Shown here: piece by piece, positions 27,749 through 37,891 of the stretch
Layout: each line of letters begins with the position of its first letter
Position numbering within the stretch: position 1 is the first letter of the stretch
Made by a program: the position numbers and the translations under genes
The notes under the pieces: model-generated
The model's database searches: none
The model's input: only the letters and a program-made list of their open reading frames with translations
Told to the model about the DNA's origin: nothing
Virus record (IMG/VR): IMGVR_UViG_3300048599_000737
Span: 11,870 to 75,869 of that record
Strand: one strand, 5' to 3'
Source: a virus
Taxonomy: Duplodnaviria; Caudoviricetes
Length of the DNA stretch: 64,000 nucleotides

Positions 27749-28864
27749 ATGACAATAAAACTGAAGAAAATCGGCGGGGTCTATCACACCCAGGTAACGG
27801 CGGCAGGCAAGTCCAAGTGGATTTCGACCCGCTGCACCACCAAGCCGGAAGCGGAGAAGGTGCTGGCCCAATCCAGCGTGGCAGAACTGGAACAGGCCGG
27901 CAAAGCCGCCAGCTTGTCCCAACGAGCCATCGGTCAGATCCTGACCGGCAAAAACCTGACCTGCCTCAAAGCCGTTGAGGAGTATCGCAAGGTCGCGGTC
28001 GCCAGCAAGGCCCAAAAGACCGTTTTCAACGTCGTGCTGGTGGTGTTGAACTGGCTGAAGGAGCTCAAGCTTGAAACCCAGCCCCCCTCAGCCATAACAC
28101 CGGAACACATTTCCAAGTGGATCAACAATCCTCAATCCACCTGGAAGCGCGGCACCCGGCTGGCGGCGCTCGCCAGCATTCGCACCTTCTTCCAGTTCTG
28201 CGCCCATCATGGCTGGATCGCCTCCGACCCGTCGCAGCTCGTTGCCGTGGACTACTCGGTTATGTCCCATGAGCAGAAGGAGGATTCAGACCGGCAGCCC
28301 TTCACCATCGAGGAAGTGAAACACCTCCTGACCGAACTGCGCCACGATTGGGCCGCAGCCGCCAAGGGAGAGCACCGTCTCTTCAGAAAAGCCGAAGACG
28401 TGCTCTTCTGGCTGGTTGCGGTTACCGTGGGCAAGGAGACCGGCTTGCGCCTGTCAGACGTTGCCGGGCTGGAATGGCGCTGTTTTAGCGAACCGGGCAA
28501 GCTGGTGGTCTGGACCGGAAAAACCAACCAGCGCATTGAGCACGAAATCAGCGACACCTTGCAGGAACTCATCGGCGAAATCCCGGTTAACGACCCAGAC
28601 TATCTCTTCCCGGAACAGCGGGCCACCATCCAGAACGTGGCCAAGCGCGCGGCATTGTCGGTGCAATTTGGTCGGCTCTGTGAGCGGCTCAACATCAAGG
28701 GGAAATCCTTTCACAACCTGCGGCATTTCAAGGCCACCAGCGAGTATGCCAAGCTCGACAAGAATGCGCTGGCCAAGAAGCTGGCCGAGGTGTTGAGCTT
28801 AGAGCAGATTGCGCAGCTTCTGGGACATGCGAACAGCAAGACCACAAAAGGTTACGTGCATTAA
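27749..28864 (+). CDS. tyrosine recombinase/integrase
   Basis: Catalytic set TGLRLSD (R), HNLRH (HxxR), LLGH, KGYVH (Y). Confidence 0.92.
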   Translation: MTIKLKKIGGVYHTQVTAAGKSKWISTRCTTKPEAEKVLAQSSVAELEQAGKAASLSQRAIGQILTGKNLTCLKAVEEYRKVAVASKAQKTVFNVVLVVLNWLKELKLETQPPSAITPEHISKWINNPQSTWKRGTRLAALASIRTFFQFCAHHGWIASDPSQLVAVDYSVMSHEQKEDSDRQPFTIEEVKHLLTELRHDWAAAAKGEHRLFRKAEDVLFWLVAVTVGKETGLRLSDVAGLEWRCFSEPGKLVVWTGKTNQRIEHEISDTLQELIGEIPVNDPDYLFPEQRATIQNVAKRAALSVQFGRLCERLNIKGKSFHNLRHFKATSEYAKLDKNALAKKLAEVLSLEQIAQLLGHANSKTTKGYVH

Positions 28865-28921
28865 CTAACCACCTGAGGATGTGAGACGCGCTAAAAGCAT
28901 CAGTCAAAGACCAAACCGAGC

Positions 28922-29290
28922 TTAACGATTCAGAAAACCGGCCAAAAGCAGCACAAAAACCACGACCATGCCCCCCAACGCGCCTCCCAAGAACTCAGCC
29001 TTCCGGTTGTGCAGGGATGTACGCAAATAAGGCCCGGCCTGCCCCCCCAGAAACCATCCAGCGAGACCGCCAGCCACACCGCCCACTATGGTTAACTTTG
29101 GGGCGGTTAGCAGGTTCATCAGGTTCCCATGCTCAACGACGCCCGGAAGTTGAATGGCAAACATGCCCCCGAACACCCCCACTAAAAGCCCAGCCAGCGC
29201 GCCATGATTGAGTTCACCCCATTCTGGTTTTATCGCCATAGACTCAGGTCTAAAAATCGCTCCACGAATAAGTAACAGGAACTGTTCCAC
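28922..29290 (-). CDS. small membrane protein
   Basis: GTG start; three Gly-rich hydrophobic segments. Confidence 0.6.
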   Translation of the reverse strand: MEQFLLLIRGAIFRPESMAIKPEWGELNHGALAGLLVGVFGGMFAIQLPGVVEHGNLMNLLTAPKLTIVGGVAGGLAGWFLGGQAGPYLRTSLHNRKAEFLGGALGGMVVVFVLLLAGFLNR

Positions 29291-29440
29291 CCGTATTCAT
29301 TCCGATACTTAACAGTTTAGCAACCTAAGGGTGCTCAGCCGGATTGTCAAACGGCCCCCACTTCAAGATCTGGAACACACAGCGTATTCCTTACTTGCCC
29401 ACGAGGAGAACAATGGGAGGAAACCGCATCCTTGGGGCAG

Positions 29441-32400
29441 TCATGGCAGGGCTTCCTGGTGGTAGCCAAGTCCCACCGCGCCACGTTTCATGTCCTCCAA
29501 GGTGAGCACGACGCGATTTACCCTTCCAAAGCCAGCAGGACCGGATAACCGTCCGCCCTTGAAGTCACCCTTGTCCCGGCTATAGACACTGGTGTTGGCT
29601 CCAATCTGAGCGGCATAATGCTGGTACAGTGCCACTGCCCCGGTCACCGATTGTCTGCCGCTGTCGGGCAGTTGCGTCAGCAACTTGCTATACTCCCCTT
29701 CCGTGGGAGGAGACTTGAAAACGATGCGCAGGGGATTCTGCGCCTCGAACATCGATACCACCTTCTTCATCGCCTCCTCGGGCTTCATCCCCTCGGCGCG
29801 CGCCTGGCGGAGCGCGTCCTTCATGGCACGGCTAAAGGACTCATGATCATTGGCATAGGCGCTCAACACCATCCGGCCTATAAACGGCTTGATGGGATTG
29901 GGAATGCTCTGGTTCTGGAGCATCCCGCCAAACGTCCGCACATCCAGGCCCAGTTCCCGCCCAGCCACCCGCAGGTAGTTGTTCACCGAGATCCGATTGC
30001 TCACCCGGGCTTCGGCGTCATCAATAGACAACAGGTGATTCAACGCGCCGAGATTCTGGAGCAAGCCATTCCCACCTAAAGTTTGGAACAAGGGACGCAA
30101 CACCGTCTGGTAATCCGTCCCGGTCTCCAGTGCGCCTTGGAAATTGCCTTGAGCGACCTGTGGGGCGGTCTGTTGCAGGAGCGCCCGGGCCGCGTTCCAC
30201 ACGTTCTGGATGGTGTTGGCGAAGAATATCCGATTATCCAGGGTGATGGGCCGCACATTGTCGTCGTTCAGGGTATAGTTCAATCCCTCCCCGATGAATC
30301 CGAACGTGCCGATGCGAGACGCATTATCCAGCGCGGTCATCAGTCCGGACTTGAGATCATGAATATTGCCCAGGTCGGATACGTTCATCTTCCGCCCCAG
30401 CACTTCTTCGTCGAACTTGTTACGCAGCCAACTGGCAGCCATGCCAATCGGCAGAATTGCCATATAGGCCGCCAGCCCGCCTCGGAATGCCTTGGCGGTA
30501 GCCAATCCGTTGGGCTCGCGCAGCTCCCGCAGAACCTGATAGGTCTTTTGCAGCGGCCAGCCCAGGAATGGATTCATGGCAACGCCCAGCCCGTTGGTCT
30601 GAAGGAGTGGCAGTCGGCTGGTGAGCGAGGACTCCAGCGTGATTTCGTTCAATGTGAGCTGCGAAATGGCCTTGTTCACCTCCGCAGAGAGAATCGGCTT
30701 GTCGCTCCCCCGGTTCCGATAGGCTTCACGCGCAAGCTGCTCCAGGCTGAACCCAAAGTTACTCATGCGCTCAGTCAGGAAGTTGAACTCCCGCTCCCCT
30801 GCTCCGAAGCCACTCAGGTTCTTGCGGTCGAACCTGAAGCCGGCATCCTCAACCAGTTCCGGGTGCTCCACAAAGTGTAACACTCCGGAGGATACCATGC
30901 CCTCGATGTGGCGTTGCCAGGTGATGAAGTTTGAGATCTGCAGGCACTCGGCGGCGAAGTGAAACGGAGAGAGCACCTTCATCGTTGGGGCCACCGCTTT
31001 ACCTTCGGCCTGCCGTTGGATGGCCTTCTCCCGGGCACCGGGCGCAAACACGTCGCTTTGCAGCACCGCGCTGCCCAGCTCCGCAGCCCTCCCGACCGCC
31101 TGCCCCATCGGCCCCGCATTGCGATAGGCCGCGTAAGCGTGCGTCCAGGCGGTAACGAGCCGTTGACGGTTGGTGTTGAGGGTGTCAAAAAGACCGACCT
31201 GGTTGGCCGCCAGCAGGCGGTCGGCGTCAAAGACACACTCTCGGCCAACAGCCTGAAGCATTGCATTGGCCGCAACTTTAGCCGCATCCACCAGCGAGCG
31301 ACCGGTCAAGGCCAGCGAACGGACATTGAGCCCCAAGAGCCTAGTCGGCTGCTCCAGGAAGACGCTGTGCGCCGTAATGGCTGTGCCCGCACCACTGACA
31401 GTCCACCCTCCGATGGTGCGAATCAGCCGTGCCCAGGGCTGAAGCTCCGGAATTATCCCGGAATTATTCATCCCCTGGATGGCCTTGAAAGCGTCGGCCA
31501 CCCCGTTGAGGGTCGCCAGGTTGTTTCTGGATTCCTTCAGGGCCGTGTAGCTGATCCCTTCCAGCCCGCACCGGTCCTTGATTCCTCGCTGAACCAGCTT
31601 CTCCGAGATGCCCGGGTTCTCCTTCAGGATGGCTTCTCGCCACCCATTGTAGCGATCCAGCATTCCCTGCTGGTCGTTGATGGCGGCAGCCAGATTCCTT
31701 TCCATCGCCGCACCGTTCCGTCCAAATCCGGCCTGAAACGCCTGGGCATGGATAACCTTCTCCATGTTGTAATGGTCCGACATCAGGTAATTGAGCCATT
31801 CCTTGGGAGCGGCTTCGATGTGACGCGCATCGACAATGAAACGCTTGGGCGCCGGGGAACCTCCGCGAATGGCCTCGAACTCCTCCCCCACCATTGCCCG
31901 CAGCAGGTTGTGAAAATTTTGCACCGTATCCAGTGTATCCGCAACGAAAGCTCCATCTGGCCGGTAACCATGAAGGTTAGCCAGATTCTCGGCGAACCTC
32001 ACCGGATCGCCTTCGGCGGTGTCATAAGCCTGAATCACCTTCTCCCGGCTCGCCAACGGCCGGATGCTGTCCTCGGTCGGCGCGTAGAAGTAAGACCGGT
32101 CGTTGTAGGCGAGCGACTTCATGAACCAATTCCACACCTGGGGCGTAAACCTTGATTTGAGTGTCTCGCGTAAGGCATCCGGGTCCGCGCTGTAGGCTTT
32201 CTCAATCGCCTCGGGCTTGAGGCTGTCACCAGTCCAGCCTCCCATGTGCTCCCGATAAAAGTTCTGGGCAATGTCAGTTAGCACCCGCGGCAGCGTAAAC
32301 GGCGCGGTCCCCAGCACCTTGCGGTAAACTCGGTAGCCTTCGCCCTGGTCGAGCACCTTGTTCCCCAGTTCCTCACCGTTGCGCACAAGTATCCTGCTGT

Positions 32401-35400
32401 TGTCAATGTGCTGGCGCAGCAGCTTGCCCACCGCCGCCCGGGCCTTCGGATTCTTCAAATCCATGAAGTCGAGCGCGTGTTCAATGGATTTCTCCACCAT
32501 GCCCTCCACCGTTTTCCCGCTCGCCCAGAACCGCTCTCCGTTCTGCTCCAGGTCATGGAACGCCGGGGCAACCACGTTATCCCAGAAGGTGGCTTCGCTG
32601 GACGCCGGGAAGCCGCAAGCTTTCCGGGCTTCGTTCAAGGCCGCCCCGAAGTGGGTTCCTTGCTGTGTCACCTCTCTCATCCGGGCGCGCGAAAGGGCCG
32701 AGTAACGATTGAACGCCTGGCCGCAGAGCCGGGCAGCGGCCGTTCCGGCCTGGTTACACTTTTCCTGCAACGGCCCAAGCATTCGGGTGGCAAGCGAGTC
32801 GCTCAAATTGCGGTGCTCATCGGCGACATAGTGGTTCTTCAGCTTGCCCAGAGCCTCGGACACTTCGTTATACTTCGCGCCAAAACGCTGATTCTCGGCG
32901 TTATCAACCCAGTCCTGCATCGCCTTCATCCATGAAACAACCTCGGGGGTGGGCGTGGGCCGAATGCCTTTCTTGCCGATGTCGGTGCGCAGGGCTAGCA
33001 TCCTGTAATCGAACTTGTCCGGCGCGCTGCTGGCTGCCGCTGGCACCGGAACCTCGGCGCCGTGATACACTTCAAAGCTCTTAAGTTGAATGCCTGCGGT
33101 TCGCTCCAAACCGTTCATCGCCGCCTCAACCAGCGGTTTGAACACGTCTTCGTGAAAGTCCACCTTGGCCTGATTGCTCTCAACGGACGCTTGAAGGTCA
33201 TAGTTCCGTTTCTTCAACTCGGCGAACTTATCGGCGATCCGCACCATCCGGTCCCGCATCTTAAGGCTTTTAAAGGTGCTATTGATTCGCTCGCGCAGCT
33301 CGCCGGCATCCCCGCGCCCGGCTCCGAGCAACTCCTTGAGAAACTCGTTGGCCAGAGCGTGCTCCTCGGTGAGCTTCTCGCCTCGTATCGCCAGCATATC
33401 CATGATGTGACTGTTGGACTTGCCAAAAGCCGTTATTGTCGCCAACAGCGCCTTGGACTGGACATTGTCCGAAAGGAAGGGCGCCAGATACTCATGGCCG
33501 CCTGCCAGGAATGCCTGCCGAATCGCCTCGAACACCTGTCCGGTGGGCCTGGTCCAATCAATGTCCAGGCTGGCTACCTTCTGTAGCGTATCTGAAAACC
33601 GGGGGTCATTCTCGGCAAGCAGCTTGTAAACGCCATCCAACGCCCGGCGGTATGGCGGCGGCAACTCACCCGTCTGGAGCTGCTCCACCTGCCGCAGCGT
33701 CTGCTCGATCATGCCCGCTTGATGCGAAAAATCACGCACACCACGAATGCTCGTAGAGAGGTCATCTAACAGGTGCAGCATCGCCTCCCGGCTCACGCTG
33801 TCCATATAGTCCAGATCCCGGTAATCCTTCGTCAACCGCAACAACCGCTTTTGGTTCTGGTCCAGCTCGTGGGCCGAGGAACGCCATTCCTTGCGCGCTT
33901 CCATCGCCGCCCCGGACTGCGCCGCTTTCCAGGCATCAAAGAGGCGGTGCGCTACAGCAGCGGCGCGTTGTTTGGCGATGCTGTTGGGCAGGTCAGCAAT
34001 GCGCGTGTCCGGGCTGACACCATGAGTCTTCACCGCCTGGTCTATCAACCGCTGCGGGGTCGCCTCGTTGACAAACATTTCCGATTCGCCAACCTTCTCG
34101 GGCAGCTTGATGAAGTGGCGGGCGATCTCATCATCCGTCAGGCCGGCGAGATTGCCGGTAACATCCCACTGATGAATCTGCTCCCGGATGGCATCCATGA
34201 AATGGTTCAAGGCAGCGACACCGACCGGAGCGCCTTCGGGTGTTTCCAGATACTTGCGCGGGTTGGTAACCGGGTTGAGGCCGGAATGGCGGGTAGCTTC
34301 GCCTTCTGTATCCCAGTTAGGTTGAGCCTTCCTTGGTCCGCCTAGATAATTGAGAAACGACATTGGTTTCTCCCCGGCCAAAGCCATTTTCAGCCGGTTC
34401 TCAAAGTAAGCCATGGCCCGCTCTTTGGAGATCGGATAGCCTGCCACCTTTTGCAATCCCATCAAAGTGCCCTGGTAAATGTCGCTCACCACCCGCCAAA
34501 GACGCTGCACCGCGCCGGATGCTTCGGCGGGGTTAAACCCTTCAGCTACCAGCTTCCTTCCCAACGCCTCCGCCAATCGGCCTTCCTGCTCTACGTCTGG
34601 ACGCCGCTCTATCGGCACAGTAGCCGCAACGGCCTCTCTGAATCCCTGGATTCCAAGAGCCTCATCGGTGAAAGCCTTAACCGCCCTATGGCCGGCCGCT
34701 TGCAGTTCGGGTGTCTCCCGGGCAAAGACGGCATGAAACGCTTCATGGAACAGGGCCACCAGATTCTCACCGCTCGGGTTATGAGCGTCAGCCACCGTCC
34801 AGGTGATGACCCTGACGGCATTCCCCTTGCCGTTGACCAGCTCCTTATACTCGCCGCTGCTAAAGTGCTTGGCCAGCGGGTCGATGACGACGTCAACGCG
34901 CACACCAAGCGCACGCAGACCGCCAATAGCCTCCCGAGCAATCCATCCAGTTTTCGCCGCGCTGGGCCGAAGGTGTTCAATCTCGGTAACCGCCTGGCTG
35001 CGGCGGAACCGTGTAAGCGCTTCAGAAACCTCGACCTTGGGCACAAAACTCGTGCCCTCCTGCGTGTAAACCAGTCCATTGTGCAGCAAGGCGGACTTTC
35101 CATCCACCTTGACGGATTGCCCGGAATCGAGGATTTCGTCGGCGGCAGCCTCAATGGCATCCCTACCCTCGTGTCCCAACCCCTCGGCAATTTGTTCGGC
35201 TATGGCCTGGAGTTTGGTCAACTCCTTTGGGCCAATGCCATCCTTATCAACGACCTTTACCTCCGGAGGAGTTACGTCGGCGGCAGCTTCTTCGGCAGAA
35301 CGTTGCCTGATTGTGGGCTCTGCTGCATCCCCTGCGCCACTTGTTTCATGCGGGCTTCCTCGCGTTTCAATTCCGCTTCCGCCCGATTCGCCTCCGGTTG

Positions 35401-37891
35401 GCGCTGAGCGTCCCTCACGGACTGGATCTCCTGCAACAGTAGTTTGCCGTCCGGACTGTCCCAAAACTTCTGAACTGACGGCATCTTCGAAAGCCTGATA
35501 GCTCGTTCTCGATGATTGATATTGCTCATGTAATCGTGAAATCAGTTCAGCTGCGGCCAGTCTAGGCTCACCAGCAATCCCGCTGTCAGCGAGCAATAAT
35601 GCAAAGGCTCTCCTTGCGTCAGGGTCCGCACCAATTGCACTAATGGCCTCTTCAGGCGTTTCTGGCTTTCGTTCATCAAGCACATCCCACAGAACTTGAC
35701 TATGTCTGTCAACTTCGTAATGGCTGGCTGTAGCCGAATCTGTGGACCCTTCGCCCACCCGTTCTCCTCCCACCTCATGGGTAATCCCTGCGTTATCTTC
35801 ATGCTCGGCAATCTCTGCGGGTGTCGCTGTGTCCTGGTTTATGGTGTGCGCCGCCCGGCCAAACTCGGGCGCGGCCTCAAGCCCAGCCGACACCGCTTCG
35901 TAGGTGCTCTGCGCCTTCGCCTTGATCGACTGTAATCCTGATGCAATCTCATGCCACTGTTCCGTTGAATAGGTTGCGAAGTGGCCCTTGAGCGGAATAT
36001 CGGACTTCATCGAGGCCAATGGCTTCCAGCCCAGCTCCAGCATCCGGTCGTAGCCGCTCGCGTAGGACGTTGCATGGGGTGACTTGCGCCCGGCCCCAAT
36101 GTCGTAGGTGGCCACCTTGGCGGTCCGCTTTCCATTGCTGGTCGTCTCGGAGGCGACCCCGACAACCACGTGCGTCCCGTCCGGCGACTGCATCGCGACC
36201 AGCTTTCGACTCTGCGCCCCGGCGTTCGCGTCAGCCCGCTTATCCTTGTAAACCAACTCCTTGGCCTCGGCCCGGTCAAGCCCGGCCAGATCGGTGAATA
36301 TCCCAGCCCGGTTCTTCTGCTCGGCTACATCCACCTTGCCCGACTCCATCACCCTGCGGAACTGCTCCACTAGCTGAGCCGGATCGCCCTGGTGCTCGGC
36401 CCAGGCAGGCTTGCCCGGCACAGCTGCCGCCGCGGGAGTTTCCTCCGATGGAGGCGTTCCATGTGGAACACTTTCTAAAGGGTTCCTCTCTATACTAGAA
36501 ACAAGCTCATCCTCCGGGGCTTGCAGCGCCTTGCCCGCCGCCGCACCGCTATCAACGACGGTGGGAATGGGAACGACATCCGTCGCAGGTGCCGGCTCTT
36601 CTCCAGGACGCTCGGCGTCGTGGACTGAACCATGCACTTGCTCTGTTTGGGTTTGCGCAGTTCGCGCCGTTGCGGCCGTTTCTGTGGGACTTGATTCATT
36701 TTGCTCTGTAGCTGGTATTTCAAAACCGGATTGATGCGGCAGCTCGCCGCCAACGTAGTCGCTTTCACCGCCCCCTTTGGCATCTCCAAACGCATCCCGC
36801 TCCTGCGACGCCAAAGCCAGACGCTGGGCTATCTCAGTGGAATAGCGCTTTTTCTCGGCATCGAAAAACTTGCGAGCCGGATCATTGTCAGCCATCAAGG
36901 CATGCAGGGCGCCGTCCCCTTCAGCCATCGGCGCTCCCGTGGTGGCCCGTCCAGCCAAGGCGGACAGCTCGCCACGCTGCTTATCGGTAAGCCCGGGCAC
37001 GGGCGGGGCTTTATAGGCTTCCCCGGGATGGTCCACCTGGTTCTCGTGCCTGGCAGACTCAAGCTTGTCCTTTGCCGCTTCCTCCTTGGCGACACCCTCA
37101 GCCGCGTGCCTGCCAAACACACCGTATCTGGGCTGGCCCAGAATCAATGACTGAACAAATGCTTCGACCAACCCTTGCCTGGTAGGACTCTCGCCAAACA
37201 GGAACGGTGTAACCGCCGCCTGCCCCGTCCCGAGCCCGACCTGGGCGGCCAGCGCTTTTGCGGACTCCTTCTCCGCCACATTCAATCCGGCTCCCCGCGC
37301 CCCCTTGACCAGCGCCGCCAGCCCCTTTACGGACTGGAGCGGAGCGAACTCAAACGCCGGCAAGGCTGAGGCGATACGCCCCACAGCACCGGCCAGTGGA
37401 TGCTGTTCTTCACCGGCAACTTCCAGCTCGTTGAACTGGCGAGTGGCCTCGGGAACAAGCGCCTGAGCGGCCTTGTGCTGAGCCCAGGCCGCACTGCCAG
37501 CGGCCAAAGCGGAAGAAACCACGCCTCCCACCAGCCCGCCTACCCCTTCGGAAATGCCGGTCTCGCCCAACCCCGGCACCAGAGCGCCAATAGCCGCACC
37601 GGCCTTCATACCCGGCGCGAAGGCCACCGCCGCTGCCGCGCCCGGGCCAAGGTTGGCTATCGTCTCCCGAGCGGCATGGCCCAGAGCGGTCACCTCCGGC
37701 CCAGCCGATCCCGAATTCAGCACCGGGGCTCCACCAAACATCGCTCGATACTGAGCCTCGGCCTGGGATTCCGCATCCTGGCCGGGAGCGGACTGGTCTG
37801 CCGGACCGCCCCCCGACGAATCGGTGCCAAAGAGGGCGCTGTACATTTCTTCCGCTTTGGCCTCGGTTAAATTTTGCGCTGGAGAATCCAT
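29441..37891 (-). CDS. giant internal virion / DNA-ejection-type protein (2816 aa) with HExxH metallopeptidase-like motif
   Basis: Last gene of the virion operon after two smaller ejection-like genes; helical Ala-rich composition; LFHEAFHAVF near 34740. Confidence 0.7.
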   Translation of the reverse strand: MDSPAQNLTEAKAEEMYSALFGTDSSGGGPADQSAPGQDAESQAEAQYRAMFGGAPVLNSGSAGPEVTALGHAARETIANLGPGAAAAVAFAPGMKAGAAIGALVPGLGETGISEGVGGLVGGVVSSALAAGSAAWAQHKAAQALVPEATRQFNELEVAGEEQHPLAGAVGRIASALPAFEFAPLQSVKGLAALVKGARGAGLNVAEKESAKALAAQVGLGTGQAAVTPFLFGESPTRQGLVEAFVQSLILGQPRYGVFGRHAAEGVAKEEAAKDKLESARHENQVDHPGEAYKAPPVPGLTDKQRGELSALAGRATTGAPMAEGDGALHALMADNDPARKFFDAEKKRYSTEIAQRLALASQERDAFGDAKGGGESDYVGGELPHQSGFEIPATEQNESSPTETAATARTAQTQTEQVHGSVHDAERPGEEPAPATDVVPIPTVVDSGAAAGKALQAPEDELVSSIERNPLESVPHGTPPSEETPAAAAVPGKPAWAEHQGDPAQLVEQFRRVMESGKVDVAEQKNRAGIFTDLAGLDRAEAKELVYKDKRADANAGAQSRKLVAMQSPDGTHVVVGVASETTSNGKRTAKVATYDIGAGRKSPHATSYASGYDRMLELGWKPLASMKSDIPLKGHFATYSTEQWHEIASGLQSIKAKAQSTYEAVSAGLEAAPEFGRAAHTINQDTATPAEIAEHEDNAGITHEVGGERVGEGSTDSATASHYEVDRHSQVLWDVLDERKPETPEEAISAIGADPDARRAFALLLADSGIAGEPRLAAAELISRLHEQYQSSRTSYQAFEDAVSSEVLGQSGRQTTVAGDPVREGRSAPTGGESGGSGIETRGSPHETSGAGDAAEPTIRQRSAEEAAADVTPPEVKVVDKDGIGPKELTKLQAIAEQIAEGLGHEGRDAIEAAADEILDSGQSVKVDGKSALLHNGLVYTQEGTSFVPKVEVSEALTRFRRSQAVTEIEHLRPSAAKTGWIAREAIGGLRALGVRVDVVIDPLAKHFSSGEYKELVNGKGNAVRVITWTVADAHNPSGENLVALFHEAFHAVFARETPELQAAGHRAVKAFTDEALGIQGFREAVAATVPIERRPDVEQEGRLAEALGRKLVAEGFNPAEASGAVQRLWRVVSDIYQGTLMGLQKVAGYPISKERAMAYFENRLKMALAGEKPMSFLNYLGGPRKAQPNWDTEGEATRHSGLNPVTNPRKYLETPEGAPVGVAALNHFMDAIREQIHQWDVTGNLAGLTDDEIARHFIKLPEKVGESEMFVNEATPQRLIDQAVKTHGVSPDTRIADLPNSIAKQRAAAVAHRLFDAWKAAQSGAAMEARKEWRSSAHELDQNQKRLLRLTKDYRDLDYMDSVSREAMLHLLDDLSTSIRGVRDFSHQAGMIEQTLRQVEQLQTGELPPPYRRALDGVYKLLAENDPRFSDTLQKVASLDIDWTRPTGQVFEAIRQAFLAGGHEYLAPFLSDNVQSKALLATITAFGKSNSHIMDMLAIRGEKLTEEHALANEFLKELLGAGRGDAGELRERINSTFKSLKMRDRMVRIADKFAELKKRNYDLQASVESNQAKVDFHEDVFKPLVEAAMNGLERTAGIQLKSFEVYHGAEVPVPAAASSAPDKFDYRMLALRTDIGKKGIRPTPTPEVVSWMKAMQDWVDNAENQRFGAKYNEVSEALGKLKNHYVADEHRNLSDSLATRMLGPLQEKCNQAGTAAARLCGQAFNRYSALSRARMREVTQQGTHFGAALNEARKACGFPASSEATFWDNVVAPAFHDLEQNGERFWASGKTVEGMVEKSIEHALDFMDLKNPKARAAVGKLLRQHIDNSRILVRNGEELGNKVLDQGEGYRVYRKVLGTAPFTLPRVLTDIAQNFYREHMGGWTGDSLKPEAIEKAYSADPDALRETLKSRFTPQVWNWFMKSLAYNDRSYFYAPTEDSIRPLASREKVIQAYDTAEGDPVRFAENLANLHGYRPDGAFVADTLDTVQNFHNLLRAMVGEEFEAIRGGSPAPKRFIVDARHIEAAPKEWLNYLMSDHYNMEKVIHAQAFQAGFGRNGAAMERNLAAAINDQQGMLDRYNGWREAILKENPGISEKLVQRGIKDRCGLEGISYTALKESRNNLATLNGVADAFKAIQGMNNSGIIPELQPWARLIRTIGGWTVSGAGTAITAHSVFLEQPTRLLGLNVRSLALTGRSLVDAAKVAANAMLQAVGRECVFDADRLLAANQVGLFDTLNTNRQRLVTAWTHAYAAYRNAGPMGQAVGRAAELGSAVLQSDVFAPGAREKAIQRQAEGKAVAPTMKVLSPFHFAAECLQISNFITWQRHIEGMVSSGVLHFVEHPELVEDAGFRFDRKNLSGFGAGEREFNFLTERMSNFGFSLEQLAREAYRNRGSDKPILSAEVNKAISQLTLNEITLESSLTSRLPLLQTNGLGVAMNPFLGWPLQKTYQVLRELREPNGLATAKAFRGGLAAYMAILPIGMAASWLRNKFDEEVLGRKMNVSDLGNIHDLKSGLMTALDNASRIGTFGFIGEGLNYTLNDDNVRPITLDNRIFFANTIQNVWNAARALLQQTAPQVAQGNFQGALETGTDYQTVLRPLFQTLGGNGLLQNLGALNHLLSIDDAEARVSNRISVNNYLRVAGRELGLDVRTFGGMLQNQSIPNPIKPFIGRMVLSAYANDHESFSRAMKDALRQARAEGMKPEEAMKKVVSMFEAQNPLRIVFKSPPTEGEYSKLLTQLPDSGRQSVTGAVALYQHYAAQIGANTSVYSRDKGDFKGGRLSGPAGFGRVNRVVLTLEDMKRGAVGLGYHQEALP

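Noticed and set aside
29441-37891. Giant protein as an N4-like virion RNA polymerase
   Set aside because: No recognisable T7/N4 polymerase motifs were found by eye; would need an HMM search to exclude formally.
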